IMG/VR virus record: IMGVR_UViG_3300007276_000054
Location: 1 to 58,403 of that record
DNA: 58,403 nt
Source: a virus
Lineage: Duplodnaviria > Caudoviricetes
Strand: one strand, 5' to 3'
Within the stretch, counting starts at the first letter, position 1. Every line of letters begins with the position of its first letter. Below, in pieces: positions 16,601 to 26,340 of the stretch. The notes under the pieces are model-generated. The model worked only from the letters and a program-made list of their open reading frames with translations. It had not been told where the DNA came from and ran no database searches. The position numbers and the translations under genes are program-made.

Positions 16601-18918
16601 CTCTGGGCATTACCAAAGTGAGGGACGCTTATCTCTGAAATCTTTTGAACTCCAGACGCTCTATTTCTGTGGTCGTAGTAGACCATGCCAAAGTCATGTC
16701 CCGCACCAGCCTTGAACGAAGTAAGGTCTGAGCCGTCAGATTGAATAATATCCAACGCCCCTCCAGCAACATCATAGTCAATAAAGTAAGACCTTATAGC
16801 CCCGTTGTTTCCGTTGCTCCAATCACGAAGTCCTTTACCCGATACTGGGTTTACGTATTGACTGTCTATGATAAGACTAATGTTAGGCCCGCTAAATTGA
16901 TATGCTGTAAACCCGTTATTAAGTACACCTCCCCCTTGAAAGGTGCCGGCTATTGGGTTGGTGCTACCATTAACAAAATCATTCCCAATCACTGACCCTG
17001 AGCTAGTGGTTTGCACAGGCGCTACAGCGTGGACAGCTTCTAAGTCTACACCAATGCAGCGAATTTTAAATTTCACCGTGCTATCAACCTCATTAAGCTC
17101 AGCCGAAGCAATCTTATAATCTAAAACACCTTCCATCCATACCGCTAGCCTGTCTGCGTCACTACTGTTACCGGCTGTCTGATTCCCAGCGCTAGCATGA
17201 ACCATTGCGCTTGCTCCAGAAAGGATGTGAGGGTTATTAGCCGGATTAGTGAGTGGTTCGCTATTGTAAGTAACAGGCAACTGTGCCTCTAAGCCTACAA
17301 TATTTTCTTGAATCCAAGTAAAAAACTCAGCCGTTGTGTTTGCGGACGGTGCAGAGAATTGAGACTGAAAGGTAAGATTACCTATTGGCTTTAAACTAAT
17401 GGCGTTGTAGTTGTTGTCGCTATCAAGAACAAAGACGCTACTAGAGTGAATCAAAGTATCCCCACCGCCGGAGTACGTTGCTGCTGTATACTGCTGCCTA
17501 GTGGCGCCAACAGCATCACCGGTTGCTTGGCCTGCCTGAACACCCTGAGTTGCCACTAAAGCGACCTTACTAGATGCTAGGCTAACGTTGAAATCAACCA
17601 CACCCTGATTAGCCTGAACCCCTCCAGAAGGGAAGTTAGATAAGTTAAGGTTGAAATGGATTCCGTCAGTTGTTGAATCTCCAAATCTGGCAATAGGACT
17701 TGATGGTAACCCCACACCAAACGCTGGGTTGCCGCCCACCTCAGCAAACATATGTTGATTCCGCTCAAGCTCACTATTACTGGTTGTGATGACTTCAGTC
17801 TCACCGTCAACCATAGGCAGGTTTAAGTTTATTGCCGTCGCTTCACGTGGGGAAAAAACACTATAAGAATAAACGTCTGTCTTCTCTAGGTTATCAAACC
17901 CTTCTACGTAATCGCCGTACATTAAACGACCGTTACATACAGCTTGACTAGACGCAAGCCTAGGCACAGCGTCAAAGGGCTTATTGACCTCTTCATCACT
18001 CAGAGCAGGGTAAACACCGTCGTTTCTAAATGTGAATGACTGGGTGCCTCCGGATATATTGTTGTCTAGTTCCGCAACCTTAAGAAACAATTGCTCGTTA
18101 TTCTTTCTTGCAAACGCACGAATCTTACGTACAGGGCCGTCAGAGTTAGATACGGTAACCTCCAGTTCATTGTTCAAGCCTCCAAGGAACTCCTGTGAAG
18201 GAGCATTAAAAGCCATGTTTGTAGGGCTTACAGCGAGGTCGCTATAGACACCTAAGGCAGAAACTTCTCCGTCGTCGTACACGTATTGATACGTGAATTG
18301 GAAACAGCTTTCTTTTAGATTGTTATATCCAATACTATTGTTTGTGACAAACGCAAAGGTGGCAGGAGCTTGAGGTGGTTGCTTGCACACAGTAAGAAAC
18401 TTATTCTTCTGAACGACTGTCCCCGTGTTTAGGCTCGGGTGATAGTTTCCTAGGAGTAGCTTTGTAGCGTTTATTTTTCTTGGCTCGTTGCGGTTGTCCG
18501 TAAAGTATAGAAGGTGTTCCTGATGCTGGTTAATGACCACATCCCCCTTCACAAAAGCATCACGCTGAAAATTCAAAACAGAATCCTCGTAGAGTTTTTC
18601 GTACTTGTCTGTAACAGAATCATATCTGTAAATCCCATGATTGCCACCTGAGTTGTACAGGAAAAAATACATGCACTTACCGGCCTCGCAAGAAACTGTA
18701 CCTACGATTCGATTGTCTCCGCTAGACGGGATTGAATCTGTCCCTGCGTCGGCTGGAGCAACGGCTGTGTTCCCCTCTACGTTTTTGATGATTCCTTGAC
18801 TACCGTCTGACTCATGAGATACGCGCACGTTAAGTGCGTCAGTCATTTCAAACGGCTTGACTAACCTCTCGTCTTCATCCTTGTTGAGGTACTGTGGTAT
18901 TAGCTTTTCGATTGCCAT
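13678..18918 (-). CDS. Tail stabilization / muzzle protein (P22 gp10-like, crAss-type)
   Basis: N-terminal LNKDEDERLV...DALNVRV, YFTDNRNEPRKIN, GRLMYGDYVEGFD, YGPGRNPES and C-terminal GDKIRDY motifs; follows the ring-protein genes. Confidence 0.8.
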   Translation of the reverse strand: MAIEKLIPQYLNKDEDERLVKPFEMTDALNVRVSHESDGSQGIIKNVEGNTAVAPADAGTDSIPSSGDNRIVGTVSCEAGKCMYFFLYNSGGNHGIYRYDSVTDKYEKLYEDSVLNFQRDAFVKGDVVINQHQEHLLYFTDNRNEPRKINATKLLLGNYHPSLNTGTVVQKNKFLTVCKQPPQAPATFAFVTNNSIGYNNLKESCFQFTYQYVYDDGEVSALGVYSDLAVSPTNMAFNAPSQEFLGGLNNELEVTVSNSDGPVRKIRAFARKNNEQLFLKVAELDNNISGGTQSFTFRNDGVYPALSDEEVNKPFDAVPRLASSQAVCNGRLMYGDYVEGFDNLEKTDVYSYSVFSPREATAINLNLPMVDGETEVITTSNSELERNQHMFAEVGGNPAFGVGLPSSPIARFGDSTTDGIHFNLNLSNFPSGGVQANQGVVDFNVSLASSKVALVATQGVQAGQATGDAVGATRQQYTAATYSGGGDTLIHSSSVFVLDSDNNYNAISLKPIGNLTFQSQFSAPSANTTAEFFTWIQENIVGLEAQLPVTYNSEPLTNPANNPHILSGASAMVHASAGNQTAGNSSDADRLAVWMEGVLDYKIASAELNEVDSTVKFKIRCIGVDLEAVHAVAPVQTTSSGSVIGNDFVNGSTNPIAGTFQGGGVLNNGFTAYQFSGPNISLIIDSQYVNPVSGKGLRDWSNGNNGAIRSYFIDYDVAGGALDIIQSDGSDLTSFKAGAGHDFGMVYYDHRNRASGVQKISEISVPHFGNAQRQGREGRTSVDFRVLHEPPEWATKWAPVYSKNNTYEKILQVSIAEAALGKRTDFTDIRSNDGVKTRPVLQGLEGGINGQIFLSMRAFEGKSNSYKDFKGAEISYEYKEGDVLRVLEYSDGEGIVRPMTEFKITSYKYYQDDDENPIKLTDTTSEDDEDNYRSTGWFLTIRDNSSPGFDREAVRKGVDFFSQRCLVEIYRPKRSSETKVYFEVGEQYDIVEVGGVRTHAGDRSNSTSPTFSISVITPNRFSSTQRLYRGDKVLTSGTTSGHTFVENVFDEGDGTHTYTTHPSNSFNQNVVGTSFGSNTISATGSNGLFPGVITLDQGDVYMRIREQLTNPEVPYIPALQADLVRPFSPIDVDSATYAKYVVEDERISDFFDSHAVSVGRPHIETPDQKEIARTSAVTYSEPFVSDSSRLNLSSFNPVLFPYKDYNSSDGFITYLVDKGESLLVLQEKKCSVTPVGRQLIESAKDGMLVTSKNVLGTETYYAGIYGPGRNPESVIERFGVTYFCDMEAGKVVRVSAKGIEPISDVKMESFFEGLFADLIVREQIPRVPCGFDPENSEYVVTVEGQQVNDISIGSVDVGDVPTPDTNPTIASASGKVKPVSSFENLLTWDKDPVTWSSDVIRPVERLPQWNKVGSSVMYIDRLTERASVFIEPALNKGTATIEMDVIHSKGKFRGVCQFNPSDGSIKLPTQCVAIAALESNDASADVVVAAGADDDGKTVAWSATKNFWLTEYSFNPELYANLHNRFFSFENGQIYRHNVSSTYNNFYGNQFNSVVELVAKQNPSSVKVYNALSLEGSDTWAAVISNTEQTTNITEPMYEEREGMYYTVIPKDITANSTANTSHKVVLGTVSAVGGGGLNQITFSSRISNLPFNLGDTMFLLAANSQASQGVTITKVLDRNTIQVSGSFVGGVGGTMMAVSPDEINGDKIRDYHAKIKLTNDNTASVELFAVNAVYAVSPLHNDQKE

Positions 18919-19724
18919 TAGAACTTCGGTGCCTGAGTTGTGTTCTTACGAATCGTCTTCAGAGCTTCCTCCATACTAAATGCCTTTAGTCGCGCGTTAG
19001 CTTTTCGTCGCTCATTGTAGTACTCGGCTCTTGCTCTGTTTTTTTCTGACGCAGGTACACTGCTTTTTCGTTCTATGATTCTAAAGTATATGAACGAACG
19101 CAATGCCTCTTCTGCCTCTACGTGAACCGTCGGGTTTACTGACCGGGCTTCATCAGCGATATACTCAATAACAACATCAGAGAAAGCGCCCGCAGAAACC
19201 TCAATTCGATTCTGGTCTTCGTTCATTCTGTATTGCCCTTGATAGTGACCACCGCCTAATCCGTAAATTTGACCAATGTTGTTCTGGTAAACGTAGTTGC
19301 TGAAGACAACATAGTCGTCGTCTCCAAACACTCCGAGACCAAGCGTTCCTCCTTTGGCATCCTCCCTATCGTTGATGCCGTCTTGGTCACTGTCAATAGC
19401 GTTTCCTGACGCATCTTTAACATACTTCTGGGAGTAGTTGATATTCTTGTTCTCTCCAAGTACGTAGACTAATCCGTCTGACCCAACGATTCCAATCTTA
19501 ACTAAGGATACATAGTCGTCTGGCAAGGTCACTGTGTCGTTACTATTCTTTGATAGCTTCAACGACCTTACCCTCTTCAACATATCAAACCCCATCTCTC
19601 GGATTCCTCGCAGGGCAAAGTTCCTTACGACAACATCAGATACATTGCTGACGTAATCGTCAGAGTCAAGAGTCAGGATAAAGTCATTGACTACTTGGTC
19701 TACGGTGACTAGATTTCTTGCCAT
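18918..19724 (-). CDS. Tail ring/tubular protein
   Basis: LPDDYVSLVKI, V.IEYIAD and C-terminal RKANARL motifs; synteny. Confidence 0.7.
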   Translation of the reverse strand: MARNLVTVDQVVNDFILTLDSDDYVSNVSDVVVRNFALRGIREMGFDMLKRVRSLKLSKNSNDTVTLPDDYVSLVKIGIVGSDGLVYVLGENKNINYSQKYVKDASGNAIDSDQDGINDREDAKGGTLGLGVFGDDDYVVFSNYVYQNNIGQIYGLGGGHYQGQYRMNEDQNRIEVSAGAFSDVVIEYIADEARSVNPTVHVEAEEALRSFIYFRIIERKSSVPASEKNRARAEYYNERRKANARLKAFSMEEALKTIRKNTTQAPKF

Positions 19725-19727
19725 GCG

Positions 19728-20465
19728 TTATTGTTGTTGGGCCTTTTGCTGGCCGTAATTGTATACGTTGGCATCCCTCAAATTCACACCAATTAACCTA
19801 GCCATTTCCTCAACGATTTGTGGGGTGTAGTGCTCAGGTAGTTCGAAGTCCACACTAGTAGAAGCAGAGTATGTTTCCTTGTTGTTGTTCACGGTGAACC
19901 CGAACTTAGGAAGTGATACAGTTCTTGCGCCGGTTGTAGGGCTCAACCCTTCAGGCTGCTTGTAATACCGAACACGGATTTTGTTTAGATTCTGTGGGTA
20001 TACTTCAATCTGGTCATCTAAGAAAGCAATCGGCGAGGACTCACTTGGAGCACTAAGCGTGCTGTGAAGAACGTACTCTAACTTCTCCTCATCATATTCG
20101 ACGGGAATAGTAACAGAAGTGTTCTCACCAAACAATAAAGACCCGTCAGTCTTGACGTTGATTATTCTAGCTAGGTCGTCTGGCTTATTGAAGTGAGACC
20201 CAGATGTTCGAGAGATAGTGCCTGATGTTTTTGTAAACAAGGAGAGGTCTTCCTTAACCTGTTTAATGAAAGAGTTGTTTCTTCCCGGGTCAACTCCCCG
20301 CTTCCTCAGCGCTTCTGCGTTAAGCAGCTGCCTGAAAAGGCCATTAAAAATATTCGTTTGAGCAACGGGTGCAAAGGAATTAAACTCTGTGGGCGTGACA
20401 AATCCACGCTCATCTTTGTTAGCGATGTCCTTCAATGCATTATAAACCTCTCTAACACTTGCCAT
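19728..20465 (-). CDS. Tail ring/tubular protein (P22 gp4-like)
   Basis: ANKDERGFVTPTEFN..A..AQ, YYKQP and SVDFELPE motifs; synteny. Confidence 0.7.
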   Translation of the reverse strand: MASVREVYNALKDIANKDERGFVTPTEFNSFAPVAQTNIFNGLFRQLLNAEALRKRGVDPGRNNSFIKQVKEDLSLFTKTSGTISRTSGSHFNKPDDLARIINVKTDGSLLFGENTSVTIPVEYDEEKLEYVLHSTLSAPSESSPIAFLDDQIEVYPQNLNKIRVRYYKQPEGLSPTTGARTVSLPKFGFTVNNNKETYSASTSVDFELPEHYTPQIVEEMARLIGVNLRDANVYNYGQQKAQQQ

Positions 20466-20491
20466 GGTAAGGTATTGTCTGGCAAATATAC

Positions 20492-20523
20492 AGAAAAAGA
20501 AAAGGGGCTTGCGCCCCCTTTCC
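20492..20523 (-). terminator. Intrinsic terminator
   Basis: gaaaagggggc-ttgc-gccccctttcc hairpin followed on the minus strand by a T-rich run. Confidence 0.75.
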
Positions 20524-20544
20524 AGTATCCATGCCGGTTACGTA

Positions 20545-21375
20545 TTAAGCAATAGCCTCTAACTGTCGGTCAATATCAGACAGAACTATCGAGCCCTTGT
20601 CCGTCATTACAAAGCGGGTCATAACCTCTACCTTGTCTTGCCCTACAGGTACCGAAGCAATCAACTTGCCAGAATCAAACCACACAACGGCGCCCTGCCT
20701 AAAGTCGATGATTTGAAAATCAAAGCCTTCTACTACTGTTGACCGCGCCTTTACCATAGGGCTGTCTACCATAGACATGAAGTGATTAGCGTCTCTCTTT
20801 GCAATCTGCACCAGTGTGCGTTTGATTTGAAGGTCTTTTTGAGACGTGTCAACATTCATAGCAATAGCTACAGGAAGCAACTCCTCGATAGGGCGCGACT
20901 TGATAATTGCTATAGCGTCATTAATTTGAAACTCCTGTTCCAAAACCTTCTCGGCGTCATCCTCTTTGTTCACAAGCTTGAAGACACGGCCTCCGTTAAC
21001 TGAGTTGTCTGGGTGGGCATCTAAATACGCGATGAGGTTTGGCTTGTCGTAGTTGACAATTAACATCTTATCGTTAAAGATGACGTGAGACCGAACAGAT
21101 TGTGTGCCTTGCTCGTCAATGAAAATGCTTGGTTCTGATGGGCAATATCTAATACCCCTTACGGAATTAGTTGCTTCATCATAAACCTGAATGCTATTAC
21201 CTCGAATCTTCAAAAACACACCTCCCTTTCCTCCTACGGTTTCGTAGACTCTAGGCAGCTTGGATTCATTCTTCAAGGTACGCTTTACGTTTCTCGTTTT
21301 AGTTGGCTCGGAAGCAACAACCTTTTGAGTGGGGGCTTTTCTTGGGCGACCCATACCCTTTTTCGTCTGTTCCAT
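20545..21375 (-). CDS. Conserved structural-module protein downstream of MCP
   Basis: 276-aa ORF with IRYC..EPSIFIDEQ motif; synteny. Confidence 0.6.
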   Translation of the reverse strand: MEQTKKGMGRPRKAPTQKVVASEPTKTRNVKRTLKNESKLPRVYETVGGKGGVFLKIRGNSIQVYDEATNSVRGIRYCPSEPSIFIDEQGTQSVRSHVIFNDKMLIVNYDKPNLIAYLDAHPDNSVNGGRVFKLVNKEDDAEKVLEQEFQINDAIAIIKSRPIEELLPVAIAMNVDTSQKDLQIKRTLVQIAKRDANHFMSMVDSPMVKARSTVVEGFDFQIIDFRQGAVVWFDSGKLIASVPVGQDKVEVMTRFVMTDKGSIVLSDIDRQLEAIA

Positions 21376-21393
21376 TTCAATATGATTTTATTT

Positions 21394-21436
21394 AAAAGAA
21401 AGAATGTAGGGGAGAGCGATTCCCTCCCCCCATTCT
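21394..21436 (-). terminator. Intrinsic terminator after major capsid gene
   Basis: agaatg..ggggag / ctcccc..cattct stem followed by TTCTTTT on the minus strand. Confidence 0.65.
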
Positions 21437-21449
21437 ATTAGTCAGTCAC

Positions 21450-22904
21450 TTAGCTCTTGATGAGAACGTGCTGGTTAGCAGCACGAGTCACGAGGTTACA
21501 CTCAGAGCGGTAGTTAAACTTAGCAGCGTCCTTTCCGTCGGTCTTGAAACCGAGAACACCACCACCAGTTACCCAGTGCTCCATCTCACGGCTATATCCG
21601 CCAGCTGCCTTGTAGTTCATCTCCAAGGCTGGAGCTCTGTTACCTGTCTTTGGGTCAGCAACAGTGGTCAAAGGAATCATTACACCGGAAACCAAGTCGC
21701 CAGCAATGTCTCCCGCACCTGTCGCTCCGAGGAGAGTTGGGTCGTTCAACAGCTTCCAGCCGTGCTTATGGAAAGTATATCCACCACGAGCGAAAGACGC
21801 GAAGCCTAAGTTGGCTGCCATGTCCTTGTCGTTGTTGAAAGCTCCATAGCTACCCTGCAATCCAGCAGTGTTACTATTACCACCATTGGCAATCATGTTG
21901 TCCATTGCAAGCATCTGTCCTGTGTTAGCATAGACAGCGTACTCGGGAGGACATCCATTCTTGTCCATCATCTTGATGATTTGGTCGATGTCTTCAAAGT
22001 CAGTTGTCGTAGCGCCGACAAGACCTGTAGTCACCAAACCTCTATCTTCCAAGGCAGCAAAGTATCCTTCGGTGCCCTCGATGCCAGCCAAGGCAGCGTC
22101 ACTAGAAGTCACCTTCTCGCCGAGCAACATCATCATCTCTCTCTTGTCGAGGAAACGCTGACGGGTATCGGCTTCAGACTTCAAGTACCAACGGTAATCA
22201 CCTCCACCTACATCGATGTAACCGATGTTGGTTGCTTGAGAACCAGAAACCTCGTAAGACTCTTTGATGATGACATACGGGTTAGTTCTCTTCACAACGT
22301 TTGACTGGAGGAAGAAGTCGGGTTGGTCAGTTCCCTGAGCGTACATGTTACCGACAATGATTGCCACAACCGCAGCGTTGTCAGTGAAGGCAGTGAATCC
22401 ACCGCTAAGGAGAGACTTCACAACAATCTCAGTACCAGCGGTGTTCACGGCAGAGACATAAGCTCTTTCGTTTCCATTGATAATGAGTACGTCACCCTTG
22501 CGAGCAACGTTTTGAGGAGTTGTTCCCTCGGTGTATCCTGATGCAGCAGTAGCATAAAGAACTCCGTCGATAGTGAACGATACGTCAGCAGCTGTGACAG
22601 CGCCTTTGATAACGCCAGTGAGCTTCTGGTGGAGGCGAGCCTCTTCCCAGTAAGTAACTTCGTCAGCAGTTCCAGCAGCGTTTACAGCACCGGTAAGCTT
22701 CAAGAAGCCTGTGATGCCTTGGTCACCGAAAGTTTTGACGAGGTTAGCACGGATGTCCGGTGCGTTTACTTCGTCGATAAAGTCATGCAAGGACGTGTAT
22801 TTCGCCGGGTCTTGCAGGTTATAAGCGGAATTACCAATTCCTTTAGGGTTAGTAGCGGCAACATTGTTGCTGCCGCCTTGTTGGGTTACGTTAATCGCAG
22901 CCAT
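21450..22904 (-). CDS. Major capsid protein
   Basis: 484 aa; DEVTYWEEARLH, YEVSGSQATNIG, WYLKSE.DTRQRF, GF.SF.RGGYTFH motifs; preceded by a scaffold-like gene and followed by a terminator. Confidence 0.85.
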   Translation of the reverse strand: MAAINVTQQGGSNNVAATNPKGIGNSAYNLQDPAKYTSLHDFIDEVNAPDIRANLVKTFGDQGITGFLKLTGAVNAAGTADEVTYWEEARLHQKLTGVIKGAVTAADVSFTIDGVLYATAASGYTEGTTPQNVARKGDVLIINGNERAYVSAVNTAGTEIVVKSLLSGGFTAFTDNAAVVAIIVGNMYAQGTDQPDFFLQSNVVKRTNPYVIIKESYEVSGSQATNIGYIDVGGGDYRWYLKSEADTRQRFLDKREMMMLLGEKVTSSDAALAGIEGTEGYFAALEDRGLVTTGLVGATTTDFEDIDQIIKMMDKNGCPPEYAVYANTGQMLAMDNMIANGGNSNTAGLQGSYGAFNNDKDMAANLGFASFARGGYTFHKHGWKLLNDPTLLGATGAGDIAGDLVSGVMIPLTTVADPKTGNRAPALEMNYKAAGGYSREMEHWVTGGGVLGFKTDGKDAAKFNYRSECNLVTRAANQHVLIKS

Positions 22905-22916
22905 GATTTCTTGTTA

Positions 22917-24032
22917 TCAGATTTTAAAAGTCATTGTTGAACTACCACCGAAAGCATTAATAATCTGTTCGTCAAGTCCGCTTGTTTGCTGGGATGTGTC
23001 ACGTTGATTCGGCTGGTTAGTCACGTTAGCGGCATTTTCTACCACCTTCCGTTGTCCATCACTCATACCTTGCTGGTATACAGAGCGTACAATAGAGTCG
23101 ATGTTGTCAATGACCGCACGATGTGCGTTCAGCTTTTCATAGTTCCACTCACCGTCATCAAAGACGTAATCGTCGAAATGATTTTCAATCTTACTGTTTT
23201 TTGAAGCAAGCTCTTTACGGTAGTCTTCATTGATTCCAAAGGTGAAGTTCTCACCTGTAGGGAGTTCGAAGACGAGACCATCAAAGTCCTTAACCTCAGC
23301 CTGCATAGCAGACATCCAGTCTTCAGTGATAGGGGATTGCACTTCGCCTTCCTCAGACACAGGCAACATGTAATCGTCGCGCAGGTTTGAGATAGTCTTC
23401 CGTGCTGATTCCGCATCCATCTTCAGTTGCAGCTTAGCCATTTTGGTTTCGCTCTCATCAAAACGGTCTTCGTCCAGTTTGTATTTGCTTTCGAGCAACA
23501 TGTTGACTTCTTCCGTCGTCAGGTTACCGTGCTCTACTACCATCTGGTTACGCACAGCGGTGAAATCATCCATTTCAGATGGGTTCAATTGCTGAAACTT
23601 GTACCAGTCTTCTGGACTTCGACCCGTCTTTTGAACGAAATCATTGATAGCTTGTACGCGCTCGTCGATTTCAACGGGGATATTTGAATTAGCCAATGCA
23701 ATTGCGTCGAAAGAGCTTACGTCCGAGCCTAGCTTTTCACTAAGATATCGGAGTACCTCTGCATCGACGTCAACGTCAGGGCTTGGTTCAGATTCTTTTA
23801 CGGCCTCTTGAACAGATTCCTGAACAGGCTTGCTAGGTTGAGCTTGAGGCTCAGATACAGCTTGCGTAGTTTCAGGAGTAGTCTGTTGAACAGGCTCTTG
23901 ATTTGGGACAGGCTCCAAAGGAGTGTCTGCCACGGTTTCCGGAACATCATTCTGTTCTTGGTTAAATGTTGGTGGAGTATCACTAATAGTGATACCTGCA
24001 CTTTCAAGTGCGTTTTCGAATTGCTTACTCAT
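22917..24032 (-). CDS. Scaffold-like acidic protein upstream of MCP
   Basis: Start revised to MSKQFEN. Acidic Pro/Gln-rich N-terminus, F.QKTGRSPEDW motif, position directly before MCP. Confidence 0.65.
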   Translation of the reverse strand: MSKQFENALESAGITISDTPPTFNQEQNDVPETVADTPLEPVPNQEPVQQTTPETTQAVSEPQAQPSKPVQESVQEAVKESEPSPDVDVDAEVLRYLSEKLGSDVSSFDAIALANSNIPVEIDERVQAINDFVQKTGRSPEDWYKFQQLNPSEMDDFTAVRNQMVVEHGNLTTEEVNMLLESKYKLDEDRFDESETKMAKLQLKMDAESARKTISNLRDDYMLPVSEEGEVQSPITEDWMSAMQAEVKDFDGLVFELPTGENFTFGINEDYRKELASKNSKIENHFDDYVFDDGEWNYEKLNAHRAVIDNIDSIVRSVYQQGMSDGQRKVVENAANVTNQPNQRDTSQQTSGLDEQIINAFGGSSTMTFKI

Positions 24033-24034
24033 TA

Positions 24035-24355
24035 TCAATTGTATTTCTTTTTCTGGCTTTTCGGTGGAGCCTTTTTGCTGCCTCCGGCCTTCCACAAGAA
24101 TCGGTTGGCCCAGTACGCGGCACTTCCCTTTCTTGCAATATTCTTAGCATGTCTACTCTTGAACGCAGCTCTAGCTTTTGAACTGTAGTTGTTCCCCATA
24201 CTCTGGTCGCCGAAGCGAACGACAGCTCCGTCCTCTTGACCGGGGCCAAGTGTACTTACAACGGCTGCTTTTTTTGTGGAATGACCCCGAGTTAGCTTGG
24301 GTTCATTGACCCCGCTAAACCCTAATCGTTTTGCTTTTTCCGCAGCCTTAGACAT
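24035..24355 (-). CDS. Small basic viral protein (DUF5754-like)
   Basis: VVRFGD..MG...AFKSRHA...SAAYWAN..LW motif; TATATTTG 4 nt before the ATG. Confidence 0.6.
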   Translation of the reverse strand: MSKAAEKAKRLGFSGVNEPKLTRGHSTKKAAVVSTLGPGQEDGAVVRFGDQSMGNNYSSKARAAFKSRHAKNIARKGSAAYWANRFLWKAGGSKKAPPKSQKKKYN

Positions 24356-24376
24356 ACTACAAATATAAACAACTAG

Positions 24377-24655
24377 TCAACCTCTCAATCTGCTCTTCAA
24401 CGCCCTGTAGAACTTGTCAAATTCATCAGCGTTATCAAAAGCCTTACTGTAATCCTCTACCCAAAGAACGTCCTTCTCTATAGGGTCTTCGTCTTCTACC
24501 CTTTCAATGGTTTCTTCGTTAAGTACTGTGTTGTCAACCCTAGATATGATTCTGTAGTAGTCCCCTTCTGTCACTCCTTTTGCAGGGGTGATTAACACAT
24601 CAGTTTCTTTGTATGCGTACCTAATGTAAAACTTATCTTTTAGCTCGTCATCCAT
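24377..24655 (-). CDS. Hypothetical protein
   Basis: 92-aa ORF translationally coupled to the upstream gene. Confidence 0.6.
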   Translation of the reverse strand: MDDELKDKFYIRYAYKETDVLITPAKGVTEGDYYRIISRVDNTVLNEETIERVEDEDPIEKDVLWVEDYSKAFDNADEFDKFYRALKSRLRG

Positions 24656-26340
24656 TATGGCACCGGGGTTAGATTGATTTCCGAAGTATTAGTACTAGCC
24701 GTTCCGTGTTTGTTTAACAGCTTAGCGAATAATGAAGGTGACAGCTCAGTGGTCTTAATGTTATCCAATGAAAGGTCTCCTTGATATGTTATACTTGAGC
24801 TTAAACCAGTCTCCCCTGTCTCCATTAAACTGGCGTTGGTTGTGTAGGTCTGCGGTTGCACAACGAAGTACAAGTAGTAGTCATCGTTGGTCGTCCTAAA
24901 AGTGCTCGGTATTTCAATCTCAATTTTCCTCCACAGAGTAGTCGAACTATTTACACCCCCATTTCCTGAGATTTGATAGTTGCTCCATTCGTTTTCTGTG
25001 CCAGTATTGTAACCACCATACTGAGATGAAGAAGCTCCCGGCCCCCCATAAACTCCGTCAGTGCCCGTATACACCCTAGCCCTTGTCTTCCCTCTTGAAA
25101 AGCCTGACACATTATTAACGTGCCTCGTCTCAACGTTGGCAAGCCATGTTGCTGAAGCGTCATTAGACGTGGCAGTGTCGTCTATATATATCGATAAGCA
25201 CCCGCAGTTCCCCTTAAAAGCGTATAGAAAAAAGCTAAGCACCAAGGTGTTACTGGTGTCATTCATTGACTGGTTCCAGTTAATAGCTTTACTTCTGAAA
25301 ATGAATTGCTTAGTGTTAGAGCTTCCGGATTGACCGCCTGCATTTGCTGACGTCTCACAGTATAGGAACCTAGAATTAGTGTCGGATACTGAGGTATCCA
25401 TTCCCTCTGTTAGGGTTCCCGAAGCTGGTGTAACTGATGAGGTGTTTGTTCCACCCCTCGGACCTGTATTCGATGAACCAGTACCGTTACCCGAACTTGA
25501 AGGGCCGCAACCCCACCTAGCAATATTTTTATTTAGCTCAATACTAGGGGTGTCGGAATTGCTCGAAGTTTTCCAGTAAGTTCCGTTTACAGCCCCGGAG
25601 CCATTCACCCAGTCAGTGAGGTTGTTGCTACCTTGAGTGCCTCCGCCATTACTAGGTGACCATAAAGTAGTTATACCTTGACCGTCCATAGTAACTATCT
25701 CCCCGCCAGATTCATTTCCAACATCGTCTGGTGCTGTTCCTGCGGCGGCTGAGTTACTATTGATTGCTATTGAGTTCCACTTACTTACCTCCGTCTGTGT
25801 GTAGTGAATCCTAACGGTTGGAGATTCCAACGCTACGGGGGCTCCATCATCAACAGCAGATTGGAATCTGAATATGTTTCCGTTAGCATTGACTGTGGTC
25901 TCAAAGTCAAAGACGAGGAGGTTTAGATTACTTGGTAAACTCATTAGAGTACCCAAGCCGTGCATGTCCGTTGCGCCCCCTACAACGTGATTAACATAAG
26001 CAATACCAACACTACTTAAGTGGTTAGCTGTAGTAGCCGTTCCCATCGATTCATAAGTTCCCTGAAGAGACCTGCCCGGTTGTATCGTAAATGTAACGTT
26101 ACCGGAATTGGCCCTTGTACAAACCCTGAATTCATAACCAACTATAACGGCGCCAGAAGGTATACCACTATTAGAAATCCCCCCCATCCTTACTGTAGAA
26201 CCTACAGTCGCACAATCAATGTATTGGTTGTCAGTAGGACTGCCTGCTACGAAGTTAGCTTCGGTCATCCCACTCCCGTAAGCAGCTCCTCCCGAAAGAG
26301 ATTGAACATCATCGAAGAAAAGGAAGTCTGTACTAGGCAT
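24655..26340 (-). CDS. Putative receptor-binding/fibre protein with MAM-like domain
   Basis: Start revised to MPSTDF, coupled to the upstream stop. TGSSNTGP...FLYCETS...LSFFLYAF.G..G.L.IY...W..IEI...GDLSLDNI matches the MAM-domain pattern. Confidence 0.6.
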   Translation of the reverse strand: MPSTDFLFFDDVQSLSGGAAYGSGMTEANFVAGSPTDNQYIDCATVGSTVRMGGISNSGIPSGAVIVGYEFRVCTRANSGNVTFTIQPGRSLQGTYESMGTATTANHLSSVGIAYVNHVVGGATDMHGLGTLMSLPSNLNLLVFDFETTVNANGNIFRFQSAVDDGAPVALESPTVRIHYTQTEVSKWNSIAINSNSAAAGTAPDDVGNESGGEIVTMDGQGITTLWSPSNGGGTQGSNNLTDWVNGSGAVNGTYWKTSSNSDTPSIELNKNIARWGCGPSSSGNGTGSSNTGPRGGTNTSSVTPASGTLTEGMDTSVSDTNSRFLYCETSANAGGQSGSSNTKQFIFRSKAINWNQSMNDTSNTLVLSFFLYAFKGNCGCLSIYIDDTATSNDASATWLANVETRHVNNVSGFSRGKTRARVYTGTDGVYGGPGASSSQYGGYNTGTENEWSNYQISGNGGVNSSTTLWRKIEIEIPSTFRTTNDDYYLYFVVQPQTYTTNASLMETGETGLSSSITYQGDLSLDNIKTTELSPSLFAKLLNKHGTASTNTSEINLTPVP

